In this document: positions 45,007 to 55,267 of the stretch, piece after piece | Layout: each line of letters opens with the position of its first letter | How positions within the stretch are numbered: the stretch's first letter is position 1 | NCBI GenBank assembly: GCA_965277105.1 | Contig: OZ255710.1 | Coordinates: 792,730-856,729, forward strand | Reading direction: 5' to 3' | DNA length: 64,000 bases | Source: Spirochaetota bacterium | GTDB lineage: Bacteria > Spirochaetota > UBA12135 > COTS27 > CAXSBA01 | The notes under the pieces: model-generated | The model's database searches: none | What the model was told of the DNA's origin: nothing | Seen by the model: only the letters and a program-made list of their open reading frames with translations | Translations under genes and position numbers: made by a program

Positions 45007-46506
45007 ATGAAAGAAAAAAAAATAATTTTAACCATTGACCAAGGAACCACCAGTACCCGAGCTTTATTGTACTCTTTTAACGAAAATAAAATTATTGGGA
45101 TAGCCCAGAAGGAATTTAAACAATACTTCCCTAAACCCGGATGGGTAGAACATGATTTAGATGAAATCTGGGAAACCGTTTTAACTACCTGTAAAGAGGT
45201 AGTAGCGAAAACGGGAATAACTTTTAAAGACATTACTGCCATGGGGATTACTAACCAAAGGGAGACTATTGGTTTTTGGAATAAAAAATCCGGAAAACCA
45301 GTTGCTCCGGCAATAGTTTGGCAGGATAGACGAACTAGCGATTATTGTAATGACTTAAAAAAACAAGGTTTAGAAAAAAAAATCCAAGAAAAAACTGGAC
45401 TTCCCATAGACCCTTATTTTAGCGCTAGTAAAATCAATTGGGCACTAAGCAACAACCCTGTTATACAAAAAATGGCTAACGAGGGAGATTTATGCATAGG
45501 AACCATTGATACTTTTCTGGTATGGAAATTTAGCGAAGGGGCAGCTTTTTTCACCGACATAACCAATGCCTGTCGTACTAGTTTGTATAACATCAACACC
45601 CTAGAATGGGATGATGAATTATTAGAAATATTTTCTGTCCCTAAATCAAGCCTAGCGAAAGTTAAGGCCTGCGATGCTTTTTTTGGAGAAACTAAGGTTT
45701 TTGACGCACCTATCCCTATTCACGGAATAGCGGGAGACCAACAGGCTTCCTTACTTGGCCATGCGGGGATAAAAAAAGATATGATGAAAATTACCTATGG
45801 CACTGGAGCATTCCTTTTAGTCAATACCGGTGAGGAGAAAGTTCATTCCAACAACCAACTACTGACCACGGTAGCTTTTCAATTAGAAAAAGAGAAAAAA
45901 CTCAACTACGCTTTAGAAGGGTCGATTTTCGTTGCTGGCTCAGCTTTGAAATGGCTAAAAGAAAAGGTGGGATTAATTAATAATTACAACGAAAGCACTA
46001 TTTTTGCTGATAATCTTCCTAGCAACCAAGGAGTGTATCTTGTGCCGAGTTTTACCGGATTAGGAACCCCTTATTGGAATCCTAAGGCTAGAGGAGCTAT
46101 ATTAGGCATGAGCTTAGATACCGATAAAAAAATCATTACTCGGGCTGTTTTAGAATCACTTGCTTATCAAACCTATGATCTCGTCAAAACCTTAAATGAA
46201 GATAGTATTTTCCCCCAAGCACTCAAAGTCGATGGAGGAGTAAGCGTGAATAATTGGCTTTTAAATTTTATGGCTGATTTACTAGGCTTCACCATTATTC
46301 GCCCCAAAGTCCTAGAAACCACGGCTTTGGGCGCCACATATTTAGCAGCCCTAGGTAGTGGCATTTTAAGTAGTTTAAATGACTTAGAAAACTACGTTAC
46401 CATTGAAAGGGCATTTGAAAACGAAAACCAGCTTAACCGAGAAGAACTTATAGCCGGTTGGAATAAAGCCATTAAATGCGTGCAGGAATTTTCTACAGAG
46501 GTTTAA
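45007..46506 (+). CDS. glpK: Glycerol kinase
   Basis: ILTIDQGTTSTRALL, GITNQRETIGFWNK, PAIVWQDRRT, DPYFSASKINW and GDQQASLLGH are canonical GlpK motifs. Confidence 0.95.
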   Translation: MKEKKIILTIDQGTTSTRALLYSFNENKIIGIAQKEFKQYFPKPGWVEHDLDEIWETVLTTCKEVVAKTGITFKDITAMGITNQRETIGFWNKKSGKPVAPAIVWQDRRTSDYCNDLKKQGLEKKIQEKTGLPIDPYFSASKINWALSNNPVIQKMANEGDLCIGTIDTFLVWKFSEGAAFFTDITNACRTSLYNINTLEWDDELLEIFSVPKSSLAKVKACDAFFGETKVFDAPIPIHGIAGDQQASLLGHAGIKKDMMKITYGTGAFLLVNTGEEKVHSNNQLLTTVAFQLEKEKKLNYALEGSIFVAGSALKWLKEKVGLINNYNESTIFADNLPSNQGVYLVPSFTGLGTPYWNPKARGAILGMSLDTDKKIITRAVLESLAYQTYDLVKTLNEDSIFPQALKVDGGVSVNNWLLNFMADLLGFTIIRPKVLETTALGATYLAALGSGILSSLNDLENYVTIERAFENENQLNREELIAGWNKAIKCVQEFSTEV

Positions 46507-46552
46507 AAAAAAAACAGGTGATAAAAATTTAAATAATAAATTTACTCTAACA

Positions 46553-46930
46553 TTATTTTGCGCAACTAGGATTTTTGTAGTCATCTAACTCAAGCCAAAT
46601 AAACCTACCCATAAAATTACTTCTCTCTTCAGCGGCTTCAAACAAATCGTCAAAAGCAATATCTTCGGGATTTATAGCCTCATCATTTAAAGGAACCTTA
46701 AGCTCTTTAGCAAGTTGAACCACTACTTCCTGTTTACTTGGAGTATTTTTTTTCTCTTGGCAAATAATGTAATTCACCAACTGCCTTTTTAAAACATCAG
46801 CATCCCCAGTTAGTTGGTTATACACCGCCCTAGGCAAATCTATCGGCCCATACAAGAATATCCCAATAAAAAAAGCAAAACCTAGTCCAACGGGAAATAT
46901 GTTGTTAGTTACATATTTTCTTTTACTCAT
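46553..46930 (-). CDS. Hypothetical membrane-anchored protein
   Basis: 125 aa with one N-terminal TM helix. No motif is recognised. Confidence 0.35.
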   Translation of the reverse strand: MSKRKYVTNNIFPVGLGFAFFIGIFLYGPIDLPRAVYNQLTGDADVLKRQLVNYIICQEKKNTPSKQEVVVQLAKELKVPLNDEAINPEDIAFDDLFEAAEERSNFMGRFIWLELDDYKNPSCAK

Positions 46931-47025
46931 TTTTATAGTTTAAGCGATTTAAAATTTAGAGTTTATAATTTATTTTCTTGAAAAAATTGAGTGAAAAATT
47001 TAACTTAAAAAGTTAATTACTAACT

Positions 47026-48132
47026 TTATTTCTTTTTGACTAGCTTTACTCTTTCTCCGTTTTCTGTAGAGAAAAAATATAAGTGCTGATCACTAAAAGC
47101 AGCTTTTATACTTTTATTAACTGAGTAATGATGAGTTCCTTTTTGGTCAATGAGGAATTTTTCTGACAAATCAAACTGGATTTTATTAGCTTTACTGAGC
47201 TCTGCGTTAATATGAGTAGAGTTACCCAACTGCTCAACCGAAAGGACTTTTAAGTTAAGCGATAAAGCTTCCTTGCCATTTGCCATCAAATGCTCGGGAC
47301 GAATTCCCATTGTGATATTTTTTTGTGAGTAACTACTATCGATAAATATTTTCTTGCTATTAATATTAACCCATTTATTTTTTTTGTCGCTTTCTACCGT
47401 TAAAGTTAGGAAATTCATTTTAGGCGAACCAATAAAACCAGCAACAAAAATATTTTGCGGGTTATTATAAAGCTCCAAAGGCGTCCCCACCCCTTCAATT
47501 ACTCCCTTATTTAAAACGACAATTTTATCAGCCAAAGTCATTGCCTCTACTTGGTCATGAGTAACGTAGACAATAGTACTTTTTAATTTTTGATGAAGGC
47601 TAGAAATTTCAAAACGCATTTGATGACGAAGCTCGGCGTCTAAATTAGAAAGTGGCTCATCAAAGAGAAAAACCTTAGGGTCACGAACAATAGCTCTCCC
47701 GATAGCCACCCGCTGACGTTGCCCCCCAGAAAGCATTTTGGGCTTTTTATTGAGATAATTCTCTAGTCGCAAGAACCGAGCAGCTTCTAAAACTTTTTCT
47801 TCTCGTATGGATTTTTTCACCTTGTGCATTTTTAAAGGGAATTCAATATTATTTCTAACACTCATATGCGGATACAAGGCATACGACTGAAAAACCATGG
47901 CCACTTCTCTCTCAGAAGAGTCAATATCATTCATTGATTTGCCACTAATAAAAACATCCCCAGTGGTCGCCTGCTCTAAGCCAGCTATTACTCTAAGTAG
48001 AGTTGACTTTCCACATCCCGAGGGTCCGACGAAAACAAAAAATTCCCCTTCGTTTATCTCTAAGGAGATGTTTTTTAAAATTCGCTCTTTACCAAAAAAT
48101 TTTTCTACTGATTTTAGTTCAATTTGTTTCAT
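47026..48132 (-). CDS. Sugar ABC transporter ATP-binding protein (MalK/MsmX type)
   Basis: GPSGCGKST, LSGGQRQRVAIGR, FLFDEPLSNLD. It is divergent from the SBP/permease operon. Confidence 0.9.
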   Translation of the reverse strand: MKQIELKSVEKFFGKERILKNISLEINEGEFFVFVGPSGCGKSTLLRVIAGLEQATTGDVFISGKSMNDIDSSEREVAMVFQSYALYPHMSVRNNIEFPLKMHKVKKSIREEKVLEAARFLRLENYLNKKPKMLSGGQRQRVAIGRAIVRDPKVFLFDEPLSNLDAELRHQMRFEISSLHQKLKSTIVYVTHDQVEAMTLADKIVVLNKGVIEGVGTPLELYNNPQNIFVAGFIGSPKMNFLTLTVESDKKNKWVNINSKKIFIDSSYSQKNITMGIRPEHLMANGKEALSLNLKVLSVEQLGNSTHINAELSKANKIQFDLSEKFLIDQKGTHHYSVNKSIKAAFSDQHLYFFSTENGERVKLVKKK

Positions 48133-48291
48133 TTTTTTAAAATTTTCTTTAACAATTATGATAGTTCGTATATTATATTCTATAAAGAATATAAAAACTA
48201 AAAAAAAAATTATTTTTTTAGTTTTTTTTTTTTTTAATAGTATACTTTTTCCATTAATTTAAAAACAAATAATTTATGGAGGAAAATTAAT

Positions 48292-49533
48292 ATGCATTTT
48301 TTTATAAAAAAGCTAATTATCATTAATTCTTTACTACTTAGTTTCGCCCTGTTTTCAGGAACTATAGTTATCAACACCGATACTTCAGATCCAGCCCCTA
48401 AAGCTGCTTTTGAACAATTAATCGAAGACTTCAAAAAAGAGCATCCTGATGTAGAAGTAAAATGGAATGTTTTTGACCATGAAGGGTACAAAACATCTAT
48501 AAGAAACTTTCTTTCAGTTAAAGGGAAAGCTCCTGATATTGCCGCTTGGTACGCGGGGAACCGAATGGCTCCTTATGTTAACTCTAATTTATTTGAAGAT
48601 GTTACTGACCTATGGGCTAATAACAATTTAAATACTACGTTAAAGTCATCTGCTGCTGCCTTAACTCTAGATGGTAAAAAGTGGGGTGTTCCTTATACTT
48701 ACTATCAATGGGGCGTTTATTATCGTAAAGATATCTTTAAAAAATATGGTATAGCAGTACCTAAAACTTGGAAAGAGTTATTAGCTGCTAGTAAAAAGTT
48801 AAAAAGTAACGGAGTCACTCCTTTTACAATAGGAACAAAATACCTATGGACAACTGCTGGATGGTTTGACTATTTAAATCTTAGGCAAAATGGTTATGAT
48901 TTTCATATCAAGTTAGCTTCAGAAGGTAGTGTTGCTTACACGGATAGAAAAGTAAAAAAAGTATTTTCTTTATGGGATGAGTTGGTAAAACCAGGTTATT
49001 TCATCGAAAATCATGCTTCTTATAGCTGGCAAGAAGCCTTACAGTTTATGATACAAGGTAAAGCAGCTATGTATTTAATAGGAAACTTTGCCGTTCCCCT
49101 TTTAAAAGAAGCTGGTCTAACCGAAAACGAATTAGGATATTTTCAATTCCCAATTATCAATCCTAGAGTTGCTATTGCTGAAGACGGGCCTATGGATACA
49201 CTTCACATCCCAGCCAATGCTAGTAACAAAGAAGATGCTAAGAAATTTTTAATCTTCCTAGCAAGAGCTGATGTTCAAACAAAAATGAATGATATCTTAG
49301 GTCAACTTCCTACTAATGTTGATGCTAAAGTTAAAGATGACACTTTTTTAAAACAAGGTTTCAAAGTTTTATCAGAAGCATCCGCAGTAGCTCAGTTTTA
49401 TGACCGAGATGCTCCAGCAGAAATGGCTCAAGCTGGTATGAAAGGGTTCCAAGAATATATGATTAAACCTGAGAGAAAAAACGCTATTTTAAAAAGACTA
49501 GATAAAATTAGAAAAAGAGTTTACAAAAAATAA
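48292..49533 (+). CDS. Extracellular solute-binding protein (family 1, sugar)
   Basis: 413 aa with a signal peptide. It is followed by two permeases and GH36. Confidence 0.8.
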   Translation: MHFFIKKLIIINSLLLSFALFSGTIVINTDTSDPAPKAAFEQLIEDFKKEHPDVEVKWNVFDHEGYKTSIRNFLSVKGKAPDIAAWYAGNRMAPYVNSNLFEDVTDLWANNNLNTTLKSSAAALTLDGKKWGVPYTYYQWGVYYRKDIFKKYGIAVPKTWKELLAASKKLKSNGVTPFTIGTKYLWTTAGWFDYLNLRQNGYDFHIKLASEGSVAYTDRKVKKVFSLWDELVKPGYFIENHASYSWQEALQFMIQGKAAMYLIGNFAVPLLKEAGLTENELGYFQFPIINPRVAIAEDGPMDTLHIPANASNKEDAKKFLIFLARADVQTKMNDILGQLPTNVDAKVKDDTFLKQGFKVLSEASAVAQFYDRDAPAEMAQAGMKGFQEYMIKPERKNAILKRLDKIRKRVYKK

Positions 49534-49599
49534 AATATAAATTAAAGTATTATTAGGTAAAGTAATCAATCTTACTTTACCTAATAATTAATTTTTATT

Positions 49600-50493
49600 G
49601 TGAAAAAAAGTTGGTTTAAAAAAAATCAAAGAAAATTAGCTCCTATTTTATTCTTAGCGCCAGGAGTTGCTATTTTCATCGTTTATGTGATTTTTCCTAT
49701 CTTTGATAGTATGCTAATTAGTCTCTACGAATGGGATGGTTTAGCTGAACGAACTTACATAGGCCTCAACAACTACCGAGAGTTATTAGACGACGAAAAC
49801 TTTTATATTTCTTTAAAAAACAACATCATTTGGATAGTAATGTACATGCTTTCAATCCCTTTGGGATTATTTTTAGCACTTTTTTTAAATCAAAAAATTT
49901 TTGGCATGAGACTTATAAAGTCTTTGTTTTTCGTTCCCTTTGTTATGAGTCAAATAGTAGTTGGGCTTATTTTTACCTGGTTTTACGACCCTAGCTTCGG
50001 TCTGCTAGTTAAAATTTTAAGCTTTTTTTCAATAAACGAAGTAGCCATCCTTTCTAACGAAAACACAGTAACCTACGGGATAATATTTGCTGGATTGTGG
50101 CCTCAGGTTGCCTACTGCATGATTCTCTACATTACTGGACTTAACAATATCAATAGCGAACAAGTAGAAGCCGGAAGATTAGATGGAGCAAAAGGACTAA
50201 GAATGCTTTGGAACGTCATTCTCCCTCAGCTAAGGCCAGCTACTTTTATTGCTGTAGTCGTAACGATTATAGGGTCCCTACGTAGTTTCGATTTAATCTC
50301 TATTATGACTCAAGGAGGACCATATGGTTCGTCTAATGTTCTCGCTTACTATATGTACGAGCAAGCACTTAGTGAATATGGTTATCGTATGGGCTATGGG
50401 GCTAGCATCGCGGTGGTACTATTTTTTATTATGATGATTTACATTACTACTTTTTTAGTAAGATTATTTATGGAAGAAAAAAAACAGTTTTAA
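49600..50493 (+). CDS. ABC sugar permease
   Basis: Six TM helices and EAA loop EAGRLDGAKGLRMLWNVILPQLRPA. Confidence 0.85.
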   Translation: MKKSWFKKNQRKLAPILFLAPGVAIFIVYVIFPIFDSMLISLYEWDGLAERTYIGLNNYRELLDDENFYISLKNNIIWIVMYMLSIPLGLFLALFLNQKIFGMRLIKSLFFVPFVMSQIVVGLIFTWFYDPSFGLLVKILSFFSINEVAILSNENTVTYGIIFAGLWPQVAYCMILYITGLNNINSEQVEAGRLDGAKGLRMLWNVILPQLRPATFIAVVVTIIGSLRSFDLISIMTQGGPYGSSNVLAYYMYEQALSEYGYRMGYGASIAVVLFFIMMIYITTFLVRLFMEEKKQF

Positions 50494-50505
50494 TTTTAAA
50501 TATTT

Positions 50506-51357
50506 ATGTTCCCCAAACCTATAAAAAATTATCCCCCTTCCCTTAGAAAGCTTTATAAAATTGTTCTCCCTATCAGTTTAGTTGTTTGGTTGCTCCCACT
50601 TATTTCTATTGCCTTAACTTCTTTTAGGGGGATAGGCGATATTACTGCTGGTAATTATTGGGGAATCCCTTCGGAAGTAAAAATAGTAGAAAACTACGTA
50701 GCTATCTTTACCGAATCAGAAATAGGAAGTTTTATTTTAAACAGTTTTAAAATCACCATCCCTACGGTTATTGGAACGCTTATTTTTAGCACAATGACTG
50801 GATTTGCCTTAGCTATTTATCGCTTCAAATGGAACTTATTAATCTTCTTTATGTTCATTGCTGGGAATTTTGTCCCTTTCCAAATCCTAATGATTCCAGT
50901 ACGTGATTTAAGTATCCAAATGGGACTATATGACACCATTAAAGGACTAGTTTTCTTTCATGTGGCTTTTCAAACGGGGTTTTGCACCTTTTTCTTACGT
51001 AACTTCATCAAGGCCCTTCCTTTTGAGCTCGTGGAATCTTCTAGAATGGATGGAGCTGGTGAGTTTAGGATTTTTTTTTCAATTGTTCTCCCCCTGATTA
51101 GGCCTGCTATTGCTGCGCTTGCGGTATTAGTTTTTACCTTTATTTGGAATGATTATTTTTGGGCCACTGTTTTAGTCCAGGGCAACGAAGCCATGCCAAT
51201 TACTGGTGGGTTGAAATCACTTAACGGGCAGTGGATATCAGCTTGGCATCTAGTTTCGGCTGGTTCTATCGTAGCGGCGGTTCCTCCTGTTTTGATTTTT
51301 TTCCTAATGCAGAAGCATTTTATTGCTGGGCTTACCTTTGGGGCAACTAAAGGATAA
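50506..51357 (+). CDS. ABC sugar permease
   Basis: EAA loop ESSRMDGAGEFRIFFSIVLPLIRPA. Confidence 0.85.
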   Translation: MFPKPIKNYPPSLRKLYKIVLPISLVVWLLPLISIALTSFRGIGDITAGNYWGIPSEVKIVENYVAIFTESEIGSFILNSFKITIPTVIGTLIFSTMTGFALAIYRFKWNLLIFFMFIAGNFVPFQILMIPVRDLSIQMGLYDTIKGLVFFHVAFQTGFCTFFLRNFIKALPFELVESSRMDGAGEFRIFFSIVLPLIRPAIAALAVLVFTFIWNDYFWATVLVQGNEAMPITGGLKSLNGQWISAWHLVSAGSIVAAVPPVLIFFLMQKHFIAGLTFGATKG

Positions 51358-51423
51358 AAACTAACACCACTTCTTTCTCATAATAAACTTCGTGATTACT
51401 ATTATAGAATTAAGCGATAGTTA

Positions 51424-53565
51424 ATGCTTAAAGAGTTCAACTTCAAAAAAATCGATAGCGATGAACAGTCAATTGTCTTTCTTTTTAAAAACCAAGAAAT
51501 TCCTTCTTTAATTTACTGGGGAGATAAGCTTAGTAGTTTAGTAGAAATCAAAGATTTAGCCTATGAAGAAAACCCCATTTTATTTGGAGCTCCAGATAAA
51601 ACCACTTTTCTTAACCTTTTCCCACAAAGTAAAAATGGCTGGATTAATCAGCCCCCTTTAATTGCTTATAACGATGCTTACAACAGCCAAGCCAGTAATT
51701 TTCAAACTAAAAAAGTTACAATAAAAAAAAATCGACTTTATCAAGAAATAACTTTTTTTCTACAAGATCAGCAAGTACATCTATCATTAAATTTTAAACT
51801 CTTTAAGCAGACTAACATCTTAACCGCTAATTCTACACTATCTCATAAATTTAATCAACCATTAAAAATTGCTTTTTTCTCTAACCCAGTAATCCCTTGC
51901 CCCGAGAGGCATCAAAAGGTAAAGTACTGGAGTGGGAAATGGTGTGGGGAATTTTCTCCCCAAGAAGTGCCTTGGCCTATAGGAAAACTCAGCTTAACCA
52001 ATCGAACGGGGAGGACTAGCCATGAGTTTTTTCCAGGAATGATTTCTGCTCTTGCTACCACTGATGAAGAGCAAGGGGAATGCTTGGGGGCAACTTTAGC
52101 TTGGAGTGGGAATTGGTTTATCGAAGCAGAAAAAACCAGTTTTGATGAAAAAGTAATTTTTTCTGGGGTGCATTACCTTCCTAACGAAAAACAAATTAAC
52201 TCAACAGAAACCATAACGAACCCTGAGCTTTTCTTGGTAAAAAGTAACTCAGGATACAATTCTCTTTCTCACTCTTTCCATAGTCAAGTTAGAACTTTCT
52301 TTCTAAAAAAGCAAAAATCCCCACCTATTCGCAAAGTAAATTTTAATAGCTGGGAAGCAATTTATTTCAATCACGATTTTGAAAAAATAACTAAATTAGT
52401 TGAATTATCAAGAAAAATTGGAGTGGAAAGATTTGTGCTAGATGACGGGTGGTTTAAAGGGAGAAATGACGACAATTCCAGCCTAGGAGATTGGGAAATT
52501 GACAGAAAAAAATACCCTAATGGCTTTAAAGAACTAGTGGAAGTAATTGAAAAAAACAAGTTAGACTTTGGCTTATGGGTAGAACCCGAAATGATTAATC
52601 CTAAGTCGCAACTTTTTGAGCGCCATCCTGATTGGATTTTAGGCGATAAAAACCAACTTGCTTTTCGCAATCAACTGGTTTTAAATTTTTCTTTAAAGGA
52701 AGTGCAGGATTATATTTTTCAATGCTTAGATAGTTTATTACAAACCTACCCTATTCGTTATTTAAAATGGGATATGAATCGTTATTACTTGGACCCTTTT
52801 TATAAAGGTAAAATAGTAGCCGAAAAACAAGTTAAAGCATTGTATAATTTTTTTGTAAGGTTAAGGAAAAAACATCCTAAGGTAGAGATTGAAAGTTGTG
52901 CTTCTGGGGGAGCGAGAATAGATTATGGCGTATTAAAATATACCAATCGTTTTTGGTTGTCCGACCACAATGGTTTTCATGATAGAGCAAATATGCATTA
53001 TCAAGCATCCTATTTTTTCCCTCCCGAAGTATTTGGAGCCCATGCTCATCCTGCTCCCTCGCACACTAGTGGGAGAGTTTTGACCAACGAATTTATGATT
53101 CATTTAGCTAGCTTTACTGGGCATTTAGGATTAGAATTAGACCTAACAGTTTTAAGCGAAGCCGAACTTACGGTTATCAAAAAAGGAATTGCTCTTTATA
53201 AAAAATTTCGAGCTTTCCTTCACAGTGCTAAATTTTACCGCTTGAAAATAAACTCCAAAGAGCACTTGGCAACCCTTTATCTAAAAGAAGATACTTTTAT
53301 TTTAGTTATTGCTCAATTAAGATCATTGTCCTCGAAAATGGCTCCCAACATTACTATCCCCTACTTGACTAACGAATTGCTTTATTCCATTAAACTGATT
53401 TCTTCTCCTAAAAATTACGCCTCCGCGGTAAGGGAGCAAAAAAATAATTTTTTAAAAGGAATAACTTTAAGTGGCCGAGTTTTACAAGAGATTGGCTTTA
53501 GAATGCCTTCTGGTTGGCCTAACCAAGTTTGGGTATATTCGGGGACTAAGAAAAAAAAGGGATAA
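51424..53565 (+). CDS. Alpha-galactosidase, GH36
   Basis: FVLDDGWF, YLKWDMNR and ESCASGGARIDYG are GH36 catalytic-region signatures. 713 aa. Confidence 0.85.
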   Translation: MLKEFNFKKIDSDEQSIVFLFKNQEIPSLIYWGDKLSSLVEIKDLAYEENPILFGAPDKTTFLNLFPQSKNGWINQPPLIAYNDAYNSQASNFQTKKVTIKKNRLYQEITFFLQDQQVHLSLNFKLFKQTNILTANSTLSHKFNQPLKIAFFSNPVIPCPERHQKVKYWSGKWCGEFSPQEVPWPIGKLSLTNRTGRTSHEFFPGMISALATTDEEQGECLGATLAWSGNWFIEAEKTSFDEKVIFSGVHYLPNEKQINSTETITNPELFLVKSNSGYNSLSHSFHSQVRTFFLKKQKSPPIRKVNFNSWEAIYFNHDFEKITKLVELSRKIGVERFVLDDGWFKGRNDDNSSLGDWEIDRKKYPNGFKELVEVIEKNKLDFGLWVEPEMINPKSQLFERHPDWILGDKNQLAFRNQLVLNFSLKEVQDYIFQCLDSLLQTYPIRYLKWDMNRYYLDPFYKGKIVAEKQVKALYNFFVRLRKKHPKVEIESCASGGARIDYGVLKYTNRFWLSDHNGFHDRANMHYQASYFFPPEVFGAHAHPAPSHTSGRVLTNEFMIHLASFTGHLGLELDLTVLSEAELTVIKKGIALYKKFRAFLHSAKFYRLKINSKEHLATLYLKEDTFILVIAQLRSLSSKMAPNITIPYLTNELLYSIKLISSPKNYASAVREQKNNFLKGITLSGRVLQEIGFRMPSGWPNQVWVYSGTKKKKG

Positions 53566-53570
53566 TCATT

Positions 53571-54338
53571 ATGAAATCGCTAAATACATTATCGCAATTT
53601 CACGATTTAAAAAATAAAAATATTGTTATAACTGGCGGAGCAAGTGGCATCGGTGCTGGGTTAGTTGAGGGCTTTTACGAGCAAGGGGCTCGAGTTATTT
53701 TCCTCGATCGTGATGAGAAAAGTGCTAACGCATTATTAAAAAAAATAAATTCAAAAAATGTTTCTTTTAAAAAAACGGACTTGTCGAAAGTAGAACAAAT
53801 TAAAAAATCTTTCGCTTTTATTTTGAAAAAATTTCAATCTATTGACGTTTTAATTAATAATGCCGCTAATGATAAAAGACATTCTTTTTTAAAAGCTAGT
53901 GTGAAAGAATGGGATTGGAGTTTAGCCATTAATTTAAGGTCTTACTTTTTCAGCATGCAGTCAGTTCTCAACCAGATGATAAAAAAAAAAACGGGAAATA
54001 TTATCAACTTTTCTTCTAATAGTTTTTTACTAGGACTAAGTGATTATCCCGGGTACACTGCTTCTAAGGCGGCTATCGTTAGCTTAACCAAAAGCCTAGC
54101 TCGAGAAGTAGGGAAACATAACATTAGAGTGAACTCCATTTTGCCGGGCTGGGTTATGACTGAAAAGCAAAAAAAAACTTGGGCTACCCCTGCGGCAATT
54201 GCAGAATGCCTAAAAGAACAAAGCTTAAAAGAATTAATAAAAGTAGAAGATATCATTGGTCCCACATTGTTTTTAGCCTCAGATAGTAGTAAGATGATTA
54301 CCGGGGAAACACTCATTGTCGATGGAGGAAGAGTCTGA
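53571..54338 (+). CDS. SDR-family oxidoreductase (candidate sugar 1-dehydrogenase of the galactose oxidative route)
   Basis: TGGASGIG, NNAA and the S...YTASK catalytic motif. Substrate is inferred only from the neighbours. Confidence 0.7.
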   Translation: MKSLNTLSQFHDLKNKNIVITGGASGIGAGLVEGFYEQGARVIFLDRDEKSANALLKKINSKNVSFKKTDLSKVEQIKKSFAFILKKFQSIDVLINNAANDKRHSFLKASVKEWDWSLAINLRSYFFSMQSVLNQMIKKKTGNIINFSSNSFLLGLSDYPGYTASKAAIVSLTKSLAREVGKHNIRVNSILPGWVMTEKQKKTWATPAAIAECLKEQSLKELIKVEDIIGPTLFLASDSSKMITGETLIVDGGRV

Positions 54339-55267
54339 AAAAAAAAGAAATCAGATTCTGGTTAATTATTGATTGGGGAAGTTCCAACCTTAGGGGGTAT
54401 CTGATAAAAAATAATAAAAAAGTAGAAGAAACTAGCTTCCCTAACCAAGGAATAAAATGGGTTAAGACCAATGATTTCGAAAAAGTTTTCCTCAAAAATT
54501 TCAAAAATTGGATTGAGCAATACAGCATAAAAGAAGTGATTATGTTTGGCATGATAGGAAGCAAAAATGGCTGGCAAGAAACTTCTTACCTTCCTTTACC
54601 AACTAAAATTGCCACTATTTACCAAAAAAGCCTTAGTTTTTTAGTCGAAAAAATAATCATAAAAATCATTCCCGGCTTAGCTTCTTATTCCCCCGCTAAC
54701 CCCAATGTCATGCGCGGCGAAGAAACCCCCTTACTAGGATTATTAAACAAAGAGCCGCTTTTTAAAGGGTGGGTTTGCATTCCCGGAACCCATAGCAAGT
54801 GGATAAAAGTGCGTGACGGCAAGGTTATTAATTTTTATACTTTTTTAACCGGAGATTTATTTTCTGCTATCAGCCAAGCAACCATTTTAAAATTTAATTT
54901 ACCTGAAAATCATTCCATTAACTTTTCTAAAAAAAAAGAAAAAGAAGAACTCCAGCAAGGAATAACCGAGGGGCTAAACTCCAACTACTCTTTTTTTAAA
55001 AATCTCTTTCATCTAAGAAGCAAGTCTCTCCTGCAAAATCAAGACTCCGTCTTGGCTTACTGTTTTTTAAGCGGGCTACTCGTGGGAGAAGAAATCAAGA
55101 GCATAAAAAAAATGGTGAAAAAAGAAAAAGTTTTATTGCTAGCTGAAGGAAGTTTGCAAAAAATCTACCAGCAGGCTTTAAAAGCAGGGAAAATCAAATT
55201 TAAAAATGACGATATAAAAAAATTAATGTTACAAGGATTAATAAAGTTTAAAAATGAAACAAATTGA
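54322..55267 (+). CDS. dgoK: 2-dehydro-3-deoxygalactonokinase, N-terminus separated from its ATG by a frameshift in an A9 run
   Basis: The frame is open from ~54296 and encodes WLIIDWGSSNLRGYL (the DgoK N-terminal IDWGT.NLR motif), with no ATG/GTG/TTG before 54536. ATG 54322 lies in the +1 frame, and deleting one A from the A9 run (54338..54346) gives MEEESEKKEIRFWLIIDWGSSNLRGY.... Downstream motif: MRGEETPLLG...IPGTHSKW. Confidence 0.7.
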
